DNA from: a virus
Taxonomy: Duplodnaviria; Caudoviricetes
Strand: one strand, 5' to 3'
Length of the DNA: 30,723 bases
IMG/VR virus record: IMGVR_UViG_3300012346_000100
Location: 1-30,723 of that record
Below are positions 18,923 to 27,630 of the stretch, in pieces (the first letter of the stretch is position 1; the number at the start of each line of letters is the position of its first letter). The translations under genes were made by a program, and so were the position numbers. Below the pieces are notes generated by a model. The model was not told the origin of the DNA and ran no database searches. It saw nothing but the letters and a program-made list of their open reading frames with translations.

Positions 18923-19650
18923 AGTTGTAGTTCAGTCTTCATTGATAGCATATTAAAAGCAAAGATAAGATTCATTTTAAGGACATCGTCAATCTTGGTA
19001 ATGTCCTCATTTGCTAAGATGTAAAGCGTTTTCTCCCACGACCATTTGTTTAGATTGTCTTCTTTCTTGATTTCTTCTTTTTCCTCATCGGTCAAATCTT
19101 CTTCTATGTCGTCTGTTGCTGGTTCTTGAAATAGATTGATATATACTTCCATAAAGTTTTCACGGAATTTTATATACTCTTGCACTATTCCGAATACATC
19201 GGTGCATTTTACATCTTTAAATAGTTGTTTTCTTTGCTCAATATCGTACTCGTAAGGCTCAATTACTTCATTATCCCACTCATCAAAACGTTTCTTTCTG
19301 TAAACAACACTACAAATGTCCGACAAATGAGCATAATAGTTATTAGTAAAGTAGTGTTCTAAGTCTATAAACTCTCCAACTTTTAAATGTTGTAAACCTA
19401 TGTAGTGCAAATCGGAAATTATCCGATTTATTGGTTTATTTGGGTCACGATTTATGAAGTTAATCTCTTTTATTAGTTCCGTTAACTCGTCAAAATCCAA
19501 ATCGTATACATCATTTATGTCAGTATCGGATAAGATGCTTATTGCTTCTACGTGAAAATCAAATATAGAATCGAAAGAGTCAACTTGCAACCCTTTCAAT
19601 TCCATAAATTGTTCTACACTTACGTTATTCCACGACTTCGGTAGGTGCAT
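18919..19650 (-). CDS. Putative tail assembly chaperone, long form
   Basis: LPKSWNNVSVEQF start; paralog of 19625..20173 with extra C-terminal domain. Confidence 0.5.
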   Translation of the reverse strand: MHLPKSWNNVSVEQFMELKGLQVDSFDSIFDFHVEAISILSDTDINDVYDLDFDELTELIKEINFINRDPNKPINRIISDLHYIGLQHLKVGEFIDLEHYFTNNYYAHLSDICSVVYRKKRFDEWDNEVIEPYEYDIEQRKQLFKDVKCTDVFGIVQEYIKFRENFMEVYINLFQEPATDDIEEDLTDEEKEEIKKEDNLNKWSWEKTLYILANEDITKIDDVLKMNLIFAFNMLSMKTELQL

Positions 19651-20173
19651 TTTGTAGTCTGTTAGATAATTTTAAACCAATAAATGTAGCGTAAGGTATC
19701 GCAAGTTCAGCAGAAAGTGAACTAAACAATTTAGCCTTTTGTTTGATGTGTGCATCTGCGTAGTGTTCAGCTTTAGTTAAGTCGTTACGCTTAAACAATA
19801 TCGACATCAAGTAGCTAATATAATTGTGTGGATGGTTAGATACTTGCTTCTCAATCATTTTCATTTCACGCACTGATATTTTCAATTCGTCTTCGTGCGA
19901 TGTGTAAGTATACCCATCTAACTCGATCACTTTACAAAACTCGTTTGATGGTTTTACTTTAGTGTCTGAGAATATCTTAATATATTCCACAAACTCGCTA
20001 AACTCCAAATCGTATACATCGGATTCTGGTACACCTAAATAAATTAAAAGGTTAGCCCAACGTTCAAACTTTTCTACTTCCTCATCATTTAAAATGCGAG
20101 AAACATTCTCGAACTGCTCAATTGTAAATTCATTGATTTCGTTCTTAACATCAAATTCTTTAATTTTTACCAT
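19625..20173 (-). CDS. Putative tail assembly chaperone, short form
   Basis: Shares EQF and DVYDL(D/E)F motifs with 18919..19650. Confidence 0.45.
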   Translation of the reverse strand: MVKIKEFDVKNEINEFTIEQFENVSRILNDEEVEKFERWANLLIYLGVPESDVYDLEFSEFVEYIKIFSDTKVKPSNEFCKVIELDGYTYTSHEDELKISVREMKMIEKQVSNHPHNYISYLMSILFKRNDLTKAEHYADAHIKQKAKLFSSLSAELAIPYATFIGLKLSNRLQNAPTEVVE

Positions 20174-20186
20174 AACGTTTTTTTGT

Positions 20187-20194
20187 CAAATATA
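20187..20194 (-). promoter_or_regulatory. Bacteroidota -7 box for the two minus-strand genes
   Basis: CAAATATA on + strand = TATATTTG on - strand, 13 nt upstream of ATG. Confidence 0.7.
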
Positions 20195-20203
20195 CAAATT
20201 TTT

Positions 20204-20231
20204 AAACACTTAACAATTATACAACAATATT
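20204..20231 (+). promoter_or_regulatory. Putative phage late promoter 4
   Basis: AAACAC-N14-ACAATATT then GTTATG. Confidence 0.65.
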
Positions 20232-20234
20232 GTT

Positions 20235-21212
20235 ATGAATACAGATTTACCAATTTATATTATAACTACTGACCCAGAGTATTCTGAGGGCAACGAGTTA
20301 GGAATTGAGCAAGTCGCTTTCACTTCAAAACCAGCCGTTAAAATCAAAGGAATGGCATTCAACTCTCAACAAATTTTTCAATTTCAAGATGAACCGAAAA
20401 TGCGTATTGTTGCACCAGCAATGATTCCAATGGAGATTTATAGAAATGACGATGGCGAGGAGTACTTTGTTGAATTTACTGAACAAGAAATAGAGAAAAT
20501 CTTTTCTAAGTTTATGTTCAACTTAAACAACCAAAATCTTTTTAATTTAGAACACGACAAAAGTAAAGAAGTACCAGCGTACATTCTTGAAGCGTGGATA
20601 GTTGAAAACCCAATGGAAGACAAATCACTTTCTTCTTATGGTATTAGCGTACCAAAAGGAACATTGATGTTGACTGCACAAATAACAGACAAAGAGTATT
20701 ACACTAAGTTAGTTGAAAGCGGTCAAGTTGGTTTCTCGATCGAAGGGTTTTTAGGTATGAAGTTGGAAGACGCAAAAAAGCAATCACAAAACAAATATAA
20801 TATGATGCTACCAGACGGAGAACATCAAATCGAAGACAAAATCTATATCGTAAAAGATGGAGAAGTTGTTGAGATTAAAGATGTAGAAATGGCTGAAGAA
20901 GTTGAGATGGCTGAAGAGCCAGCAACGGAAGAGCCAGTTGAAGAAGAAGTAGCAATGGAGGAAGTAGTTGAAGAAGAAAAAGTTGAGGAAGAAGTAGCAA
21001 TGGCTATTGACCCAGCGATAGACTCTGAGGCTATCACATCTATTGTTATGCCTTTAATTGACGAAAAAATTAACGAAGTATTGCAAGTAATTGCAGACTT
21101 AAAAAACTCTTTAGAAGTTGAAGTTGAGCCAACGGAAGAAGAAGTTGTTGAAACTAAATTAACTGCTCACGCTAAATTCACTGCGTTTAGAAACGCATTT
21201 TTAAACAAATAA
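20235..21212 (+). CDS. Prohead protease (XkdF-like) fused to acidic scaffold
   Basis: PAMIP..IYR, FNLEH, GFSIEG; Glu-rich C-terminal half; precedes capsid. Confidence 0.8.
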   Translation: MNTDLPIYIITTDPEYSEGNELGIEQVAFTSKPAVKIKGMAFNSQQIFQFQDEPKMRIVAPAMIPMEIYRNDDGEEYFVEFTEQEIEKIFSKFMFNLNNQNLFNLEHDKSKEVPAYILEAWIVENPMEDKSLSSYGISVPKGTLMLTAQITDKEYYTKLVESGQVGFSIEGFLGMKLEDAKKQSQNKYNMMLPDGEHQIEDKIYIVKDGEVVEIKDVEMAEEVEMAEEPATEEPVEEEVAMEEVVEEEKVEEEVAMAIDPAIDSEAITSIVMPLIDEKINEVLQVIADLKNSLEVEVEPTEEEVVETKLTAHAKFTAFRNAFLNK

Positions 21213-21215
21213 AAA

Positions 21216-22133
21216 ATGGAAAGAAATCTTAAATTTGATTTGGACATCGAAACAAACGCTTTGTTATGTCCTAACCCTAATGAGTTCTATGGTCGTTCTT
21301 ACATATCTGAAGACATCGTAGACAACTATCGTTCATTACCCGGAATTAAGTCTGCTACTAAATTGGCAAACGTTACTTTCGGAAACATCTTACAACCAGC
21401 AACTTGTAACTTCTCTGCACCAACTGACGCTTTAGATGCAGTTGATATTGATGTTTGTTCATTATCTGCAATGGCTCAATTATGTCAGTTTGACTTAGAG
21501 CAATCTTTCTTAGCTTTACAAATGGCTCAAGGTTCTAACGGAGATTTTTCTGTTGCTTCTTTTATGTCTTACTACTGGGATGAGATGGCTAAACAAATTC
21601 AAGAGTCTGTTGAGTACATTCGTTGGCAAGGTGACACATCAAGCACAAACGAAACTTTGGCTTTATGTGATGGTTACATCAAAAAATTATTAGCTAACGC
21701 TTCTGTTGTTGACGTAGCAAACACTACTATCACTTCTGCAAATGTTATTACAGAAATCGTTAAAGTAATCAACGCCGCACCATCTACAATCAGCCGTAAA
21801 AAAGCAGACTTAAGATTATACGTTGCACCAAACGTAGCAAACGCTTTAGAATTAGCTACTGCATCTGGTAACACTCAAACATACATCACAACTCCTTTAG
21901 CTTTAACATTCTTAGGAATTAAAGTTGTAGTTGCTGAAGGTATGCCTAACGATCATATGGTATTGACTTTGAAAAACAACTTAATCTACGCATTTGATGG
22001 AGAAGGAGATGGTAAAGCATTGAAAGCAGTTAACTTGTCTGACACGGTTGCTGAACCTTACTTACGTACACGTGCGAATTTGAAAGTTGGTTTCTCTTTT
22101 GTTAACCCTACTGAAATCGTTCTTTACTCATAA
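21216..22133 (+). CDS. Major capsid protein
   Basis: 305 aa after protease; high-expression codon usage; followed by terminator. Confidence 0.8.
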   Translation: MERNLKFDLDIETNALLCPNPNEFYGRSYISEDIVDNYRSLPGIKSATKLANVTFGNILQPATCNFSAPTDALDAVDIDVCSLSAMAQLCQFDLEQSFLALQMAQGSNGDFSVASFMSYYWDEMAKQIQESVEYIRWQGDTSSTNETLALCDGYIKKLLANASVVDVANTTITSANVITEIVKVINAAPSTISRKKADLRLYVAPNVANALELATASGNTQTYITTPLALTFLGIKVVVAEGMPNDHMVLTLKNNLIYAFDGEGDGKALKAVNLSDTVAEPYLRTRANLKVGFSFVNPTEIVLYS

Positions 22134-22154
22134 GAATAATTAATAACTTAAAAG

Positions 22155-22186
22155 AAAGGTGGTGCAATAAACGCCACCTTTTTTTT
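22155..22186 (+). terminator. Intrinsic terminator
   Basis: AAAGGTGGTG-loop-CGCCACCTTT plus T-run. Confidence 0.85.
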
Positions 22187-22202
22187 GTAAAATATATACA
22201 AA

Positions 22203-22712
22203 ATGGCTTGTACAACACTTACAACAATAACAAAAGGATGTGAAGGTAACATCGGAGGAATTACTGCGGTTTACATCAACGACCAAGCAAATGTAACTGC
22301 AATTACAGAAACAGATGCTACTTGGTCAATTGACGCTATCACGGTATCTTCGGACTTTATTCCTTTTGAAATCAGAAGAAATTCTGGTAACTATACAGAA
22401 GAAGAAGCAAACGACTTAGTAAAAGGTTCTCAATTCGTTACTGCTACTATTACTTTAATGTTCAGCAGACGTGAAGCTTCAAAATCTCGTTCATTGAAAA
22501 TCTTAGGAGAAGGACAACGTGACCTTGCTATCATCGTTAAAGATGCAAATGAGAAATATTGGTATTTTCCAAATGCTCAATTGAGTGCAGTAACTGAAGG
22601 TTCTGGAACTGCTAAGGCAGATGGATCTTCTTACTCTGTTGTTTTCTTAGCTGAAAATTTATACTTAGCAAAAGAAGTAGACGCAGATATAATCGCTGGT
22701 ATCGTTGCATAA
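22203..22712 (+). CDS. Major tail tube protein (putative)
   Basis: 169 aa; C...C.GNIGGI, IVKDANEKYW, GSGTAKADGSSYSV; own terminator. Confidence 0.65.
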   Translation: MACTTLTTITKGCEGNIGGITAVYINDQANVTAITETDATWSIDAITVSSDFIPFEIRRNSGNYTEEEANDLVKGSQFVTATITLMFSRREASKSRSLKILGEGQRDLAIIVKDANEKYWYFPNAQLSAVTEGSGTAKADGSSYSVVFLAENLYLAKEVDADIIAGIVA

Positions 22713-22735
22713 TTTCTTTTAGCACTTTTAAAATT

Positions 22736-22765
22736 CCCTCATCTTTATTGGTGGGGGTTTTTTTT
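22736..22765 (+). terminator. Intrinsic terminator
   Basis: CCCTCATC-loop-GGTGGGGG plus T8. Confidence 0.75.
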
Positions 22766-22770
22766 GTTTT

Positions 22771-22798
22771 AAACGAATTTGTTATTTATAACAATATA
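22771..22798 (+). promoter_or_regulatory. Putative phage late promoter 5
   Basis: AAACGA-N14-ACAATATA then GTTATG. Confidence 0.7.
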
Positions 22799-22801
22799 GT
22801 T

Positions 22802-23137
22802 ATGATTTACATAGAAAAAAATCAAGAGAATAAAATATGTTTGACTTTATCGGAGTCGACTACAATAAGCAATCCTTATTATTTATTCGTGTTTCAAAAT
22901 GAGTACAACAAAGCAAGTGACCCTATTTTATGGGTTGGTACTGACATTTCAGAACATACAAACAGATATAACTTATTCCTAATGGATGAAACGACAACGG
23001 AGTCGTTCAGCATTGGGCAATATACATATACAATCTATGAAAGTGAGACTTTACCTGACGATGAAACTGGCTTGATAGCGGTTGAAGAAGGGCGAATGGT
23101 TGTTACTGGAGTAGTAATAAACTCAATTTACGAATGA
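22802..23137 (+). CDS. Structural protein (possible head closure)
   Basis: Start reassigned to ATG 22802 (MIYIEKN). Confidence 0.55.
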   Translation: MIYIEKNQENKICLTLSESTTISNPYYLFVFQNEYNKASDPILWVGTDISEHTNRYNLFLMDETTTESFSIGQYTYTIYESETLPDDETGLIAVEEGRMVVTGVVINSIYE

Positions 23138-24432
23138 AATTATTTGGATTCAACATTGGAAAGAGTACAAGCGTGGAGATGACTGAAACATCAAGCTATC
23201 AATCTTTCTCAACACCATTTTTAAAAGTTAAAGGTGGAAATTTAAGTCTTCCGTATGTAAACGCAAGACAACAAACTAATGGTTATATCAGATTTGGAGA
23301 CGACAACTTGTACCCTCAAATGATTAACCAACTTTATTACACAAGTCCCTTGCATTCGTCAATCATTGACTTTAAAACTAACGCTATTATCGGTGGTGGT
23401 TATGAGTTAAAAGTAGATGAAAACGCTACGGCAGTAGACAAAGTAGAAGTTTATTCTATCGAAAGACGTTTAAACTTAAAAAAGTCTTTACACACAATCA
23501 CAAAAGACGTATTATTGCACAATAGAAAGTATTTTATTTTACGTTTCAATAGTTTAGGCGACTTAGTAGGAGTCAAATCAATAGGTTCTGAGAAAGTAAG
23601 ACGTGACAAAGACGGAGAAAACTACTTTATTTGTGATGATTGGTGGAGTCAAATTGAAATTAGAACTATAAAACGCTATTCAAAACATTGCAAAGATACA
23701 GAACAATTGTTTGTTTACGAGAATTTACAAGTAGGTCAAGACATTTATCCACTACCAAGCTATACAAGTGCTTTTAATTGGGCTTTTTTAGATGGCGAAA
23801 TGAGTTATTTACAAAAGTCAAACATCTTAAATTCAATCTTCCCATCTTTTGCTATGATGTTTCCAAAGAAACCACAAGGAGAGGAAGAAAAGAAAGCTAT
23901 TAAAGATACTATTGAACGTGCTAAAGGTGCTCAAAATGCTGGGAAAGCGGTTGCATTCTTTGCTAACAATAAAGACCAACTTCCGACTATTGAGTCTATA
24001 CCTACAAATAACTTAGACAACGTCTTTCAAGTAACGACTGAATCAATTGATAGTAAGATATGCCAAGCACATACAATCGACCCAATTTTAATGGGTATTC
24101 GTGTAAGTGGTAAACTTGGTTCTGGTTCTGACATTAAACAAGCGTATGTAATTTTCGAGAAAAATACTATTATTCCAATGCGTCAAGTAGTAGAAGATAT
24201 AGTAAACGAAATTTTATCAATCGCAAAAGTAAAAGCTGAACTTGTAATAAACAACTACCAAATCGTTAATGAAGCTATCGTTGAAATTGACGATAAAATC
24301 TCAAACATATCAAACATTATTAATTCAGTTAATCCAGCTTTAGCGACTAAGATAATTGAAGCAATGACAACAGACGAATTAAGAGATTTAATAGGCTTAA
24401 AACCATCAACTGACACAACTACTGAACTATGA
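23134..24432 (+). CDS. Portal protein
   Basis: 432 aa; FGDDNLYP, SPLHSSII, YPLPSY, GAQNAGK, ICQAH..P.LMGI. Confidence 0.8.
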   Translation: MKLFGFNIGKSTSVEMTETSSYQSFSTPFLKVKGGNLSLPYVNARQQTNGYIRFGDDNLYPQMINQLYYTSPLHSSIIDFKTNAIIGGGYELKVDENATAVDKVEVYSIERRLNLKKSLHTITKDVLLHNRKYFILRFNSLGDLVGVKSIGSEKVRRDKDGENYFICDDWWSQIEIRTIKRYSKHCKDTEQLFVYENLQVGQDIYPLPSYTSAFNWAFLDGEMSYLQKSNILNSIFPSFAMMFPKKPQGEEEKKAIKDTIERAKGAQNAGKAVAFFANNKDQLPTIESIPTNNLDNVFQVTTESIDSKICQAHTIDPILMGIRVSGKLGSGSDIKQAYVIFEKNTIIPMRQVVEDIVNEILSIAKVKAELVINNYQIVNEAIVEIDDKISNISNIINSVNPALATKIIEAMTTDELRDLIGLKPSTDTTTEL

Positions 24433-24938
24433 TATATTTTATTACTGAAAACTATTTAAAAACACAAACACCGATAACGGCAAATTGTGATGTTAACGAT
24501 ATTGTGCCATACATCAAGACTCAATCAGATTTAAGAATACAACCAATATTAGGAACGTATTTTTACAATGATATTTTAGCAAAGTACAACGCACAAACAT
24601 TGTCAGCAAACGAGGAGATTCTTGTAACTTATATTCAACCAATTGTTGCGTGGAGAAGTGCTGAAGATGCAGTCTTTGGTTTATCTTATCAGCTTAAAAA
24701 TAAAGGTCTACAATTACAGAATGGCGACTATTCTAATTCAGTTAGTCAACAAGAGGTTGCTTTTGCACAAGACCACTACGGACAAAAGGCATCTTTTTAC
24801 GAGGCTCGTTTGGTAAACTATTTACATACAAATAAAGATTTGTTTGCAAACTTTACAAGCGTATTGAATAAGGATAGTGACATTCGACCAACACACAACC
24901 CAGATAATGGTTACACCGATTCAATTATGGTAATATGA
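24429..24938 (+). CDS. Putative head-tail adaptor
   Basis: Follows portal; YIKTQSD..IQPILGT helical pattern. Confidence 0.55.
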   Translation: MIYFITENYLKTQTPITANCDVNDIVPYIKTQSDLRIQPILGTYFYNDILAKYNAQTLSANEEILVTYIQPIVAWRSAEDAVFGLSYQLKNKGLQLQNGDYSNSVSQQEVAFAQDHYGQKASFYEARLVNYLHTNKDLFANFTSVLNKDSDIRPTHNPDNGYTDSIMVI

Positions 24939-25372
24939 TTAAAGTAATAGCATCAAATTTAACCATTCTTTTAAAGGTATTAGTTGTATTCTTTGCACCA
25001 ATTAAAGGCATTATAATACTTGTTGCATTATCTACTATTTTAGATACTGCATTTGGAGTATGGAAAGCGAGTAAGTTAAAAGAGAAAGTAAACTCTAAGA
25101 CATTCCGTCACGGATTCGTTCCAAAATTGATGAGTTACATTGGTGCTATTATGTTAGTATACGCTTCTGATTTCTTCATCATTAATTACTTGACAAAAGA
25201 AGTTATAAGCGTTGATTATTTAGCTACAAAATTAATTGCTTTAATGCTTATTAGTATTGAGGTAAAAAGTATGGATGAATCTTTTGAAAAAGTAAAAGGA
25301 TATTCTTTTATTAGTAAGATTGTAAAGCTAATTATCCAAGCTAAAGACGTAAAGAAAAAACTTGCAGAATGA
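24935..25372 (+). CDS. Holin
   Basis: About 3 TM segments, LDTAFGVWKA, EVKSMDE, basic C-terminus. Confidence 0.75.
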   Translation: MIKVIASNLTILLKVLVVFFAPIKGIIILVALSTILDTAFGVWKASKLKEKVNSKTFRHGFVPKLMSYIGAIMLVYASDFFIINYLTKEVISVDYLATKLIALMLISIEVKSMDESFEKVKGYSFISKIVKLIIQAKDVKKKLAE

Positions 25373-25815
25373 AAATAGACGTTAAGCATTTAATTACAAT
25401 GATATTCGTTTGGGCGTTATCAATTTATTTAGTATTTTATTTTACTTCTTGTTCTGCTAAATGGCATATCAATAGAGCCTACAAAAAAGGTGTAAAGTTG
25501 GAGCAAACAAGCGACACCATCCGCATCACATCAATTGACTCGTTTAAAGTAGTTTTAAAAGATACTTTTTACTTCGAGAAGTTTCTTACCACAAAAGACA
25601 CAATCATTCGTTACAAACGTTTATATGTACCTAAAACACGATTTGAAACAAGAATAGAATATAAACTTAAACGAGATACGTTAAGACTTGAAAAGGTTAA
25701 GATACGCAAAGAATATAGAACTAAAACAAAGCCATTTCCGTACACGCTTTTATTAATTGTTATTGGTTTAGTATGTATTACGATAATTAGTTTTATATTT
25801 AAGCCAAAATTTTAA
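25369..25815 (+). CDS. Putative unimolecular spanin
   Basis: Signal peptide with lipobox FTSC, C-terminal TM; lies between holin and endolysin. Confidence 0.6.
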   Translation: MKIDVKHLITMIFVWALSIYLVFYFTSCSAKWHINRAYKKGVKLEQTSDTIRITSIDSFKVVLKDTFYFEKFLTTKDTIIRYKRLYVPKTRFETRIEYKLKRDTLRLEKVKIRKEYRTKTKPFPYTLLLIVIGLVCITIISFIFKPKF

Positions 25816-25816
25816 T

Positions 25817-26275
25817 ATGAATCTAAGTAAAAACTTTTCACTTGCAGAATTATGCAACTCGCATACTGCTAAAAAATTAGGAATTGATAACACGCCAAAC
25901 GAAATTGAAATTGAAAATTTGCGTTATTTGTGTTTAAAAGTATTGCAACCTTTACGAGATAATAAAGGACAAGCAATAAATGTAAACGTAGGGTTTAGAA
26001 ATAGAAAATTGAACAATGCAGTAGGCGGTTCATCTACTTCATTCCATTTAAAAGGTTGTGCGGTTGATATTGATAATGATAATACCGAAATTTCAAACAA
26101 AGAAATATTTGAGTATATTAGATTAAACTTACCTTATACAGAGTTAATTTGGGAAAGAGGTACTGCATTAAATCCAGCTTGGGTACACGTAGCAATTGTA
26201 CGAGGTAGAGAAAACGAGAAAGAAACGTTAATTACAAAAGACGGGAAATCTTATAAACCTTACAAACCACTTTAA
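25817..26275 (+). CDS. Endolysin, peptidase M15A family
   Basis: LSKNFSLAE, R...LN.AVGG..S.H..G.AVD, WVHV. Confidence 0.9.
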   Translation: MNLSKNFSLAELCNSHTAKKLGIDNTPNEIEIENLRYLCLKVLQPLRDNKGQAINVNVGFRNRKLNNAVGGSSTSFHLKGCAVDIDNDNTEISNKEIFEYIRLNLPYTELIWERGTALNPAWVHVAIVRGRENEKETLITKDGKSYKPYKPL

Positions 26276-26289
26276 TTAGTGGTTTTTTT
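26264..26289 (+). terminator. Intrinsic terminator
   Basis: AAACCACT-TTAATT-AGTGGTTT plus T-run. Confidence 0.7.
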
Positions 26290-26308
26290 ATTTACTTAAA
26301 TTTTATTT

Positions 26309-27025
26309 ATGGAGCAATACAGGCCAAGATTATCTGCTGAAGAATACAATCTAATTTTAAAGCATAGAAACGATAAAGAAAATAGGGTATTAGTTATTGG
26401 TGATTTACACGAACCATTTTGCCTTGATGGATATTTAGAGTTTTGCCAAGAACAATACAAAAAGTACAATTGCAACAAAGTAGTATTTATAGGTGATGTA
26501 ATAGATAATCACTATTCAAGCTACCACGAAACAGATGCTGATGGTTTATCAGGTGGGCAGGAATTAGATTTAGCGATTGAGAAATTAGCTAAATGGTATA
26601 AAGCGTTCCCTGTAGCAGATGTAACTATAGGTAACCACGATAGGTTAATTATGCGTAAAGCACAAACTTCTGCAGTACCGAGAAAGTGGATTAAATCATA
26701 TAAAGAAGTCTTAGAAGTGCCACAATGGAACTTTACAGAACGTGTTGTTATTGATAATGTACAATATATACACGGAGAAGCAGGTACTGCAAAGGCTAAA
26801 TGTAGAGCAGATATGATGTTAACCGTACAAGGACATTTGCACACGCAATGTTATACAGAATGGTTTGTAGGCGCTAATTTTAGAATATTTGGCACTCAAG
26901 TAGGTTGTGGTATAGACCACGAATCATACGCTATGGCATACGCTAAAGCAGGAAAAAAACCTGCAATAGGATGTGCAGTAATAATAAATGGTGAAACTTC
27001 TATTAATTGTTTAATGAATTTATAG
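26309..27025 (+). CDS. Calcineurin-like metallophosphoesterase
   Basis: GDLH, GDVID, GNHD, HG, GHLH. Confidence 0.9.
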   Translation: MEQYRPRLSAEEYNLILKHRNDKENRVLVIGDLHEPFCLDGYLEFCQEQYKKYNCNKVVFIGDVIDNHYSSYHETDADGLSGGQELDLAIEKLAKWYKAFPVADVTIGNHDRLIMRKAQTSAVPRKWIKSYKEVLEVPQWNFTERVVIDNVQYIHGEAGTAKAKCRADMMLTVQGHLHTQCYTEWFVGANFRIFGTQVGCGIDHESYAMAYAKAGKKPAIGCAVIINGETSINCLMNL

Positions 27026-27026
27026 T

Positions 27027-27034
27027 TATATTTG
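27027..27034 (+). promoter_or_regulatory. Bacteroidota -7 box
   Basis: TATATTTG with no + strand ORF before the next terminator. Confidence 0.6.
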
Positions 27035-27117
27035 CACGAAATCTGCTTTTCTGTTTGCTGATTTTCATAGTTTTTTAGTTTAATTGTTAGAAGTGGGGAG
27101 AAATCTCCACTTTTTTT
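27035..27117 (+). ncRNA. Putative small RNA
   Basis: Bounded by -7 box and terminator; contains antisense start-region segment TTTTCATAGTTTTTTAGTTTAATTGTT. Confidence 0.5.
27091..27117 (+). terminator. Intrinsic terminator
   Basis: AAGTGGGGA-GAAA-TCTCCACTT plus T-run. Confidence 0.85.
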
Positions 27118-27204
27118 ATGCTCTGAAACCCGCATAAACATTTGAAAACTAAAAATAATTTAAAAATAATTGTTAAAAAGTATTGCAGTTATAAACAAAA
27201 TGCT

Positions 27205-27212
27205 TATATTTG
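27205..27212 (+). promoter_or_regulatory. Bacteroidota early promoter
   Basis: TATATTTG with TTG at 27183-27185 (19-nt spacer). Confidence 0.75.
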
Positions 27213-27235
27213 CTGAAACATTTAAACTTTATAAT

Positions 27236-27418
27236 ATGAAAACATTACACAACACTTTTAATCCTAACTATGTACCAACTACAATTGAGAATGAGTACGT
27301 ACCAAAAGGAAACCACATTAACGATGCTATCAGAAAGCAATTTTTTACTACGTTTGATGTGCAAAGATTGAACAGAATTAGAGAAATTAAGTTAAACAAT
27401 TTAAACGAAAAACGATGA
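27236..27418 (+). CDS. Hypothetical protein
   Basis: Start reassigned to ATG 27236, downstream of promoter. Confidence 0.65.
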   Translation: MKTLHNTFNPNYVPTTIENEYVPKGNHINDAIRKQFFTTFDVQRLNRIREIKLNNLNEKR

Positions 27419-27630
27419 ACTATAAACTACACAACAAAGCAACTGACTTATTAGTATTGCACGCAGAAATGAAAGCAAGAATTGATTGGCTTGTATTAAG
27501 TTTTACTGGAGCTTCATTATTTCCTGATTTACAAGCAAAGTATTTTAACAGAATAGACACTTGCAAACGTGGACTTGAAAGAATTGAACAAGCTTATATC
27601 AAAGTATTAACCGAAATATTAGCAGTATGA
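27415..27630 (+). CDS. Hypothetical protein
   Basis: 71 aa, ATGA-coupled. Confidence 0.7.
   Translation: MNYKLHNKATDLLVLHAEMKARIDWLVLSFTGASLFPDLQAKYFNRIDTCKRGLERIEQAYIKVLTEILAV

Noticed and set aside
19625-19680. Programmed -1 frameshift joining the two minus-strand genes (T TTA AAA heptamer)
   Set aside because: The -1 frame stops within a few codons; the downstream gene is in the +1 frame with its own ATG
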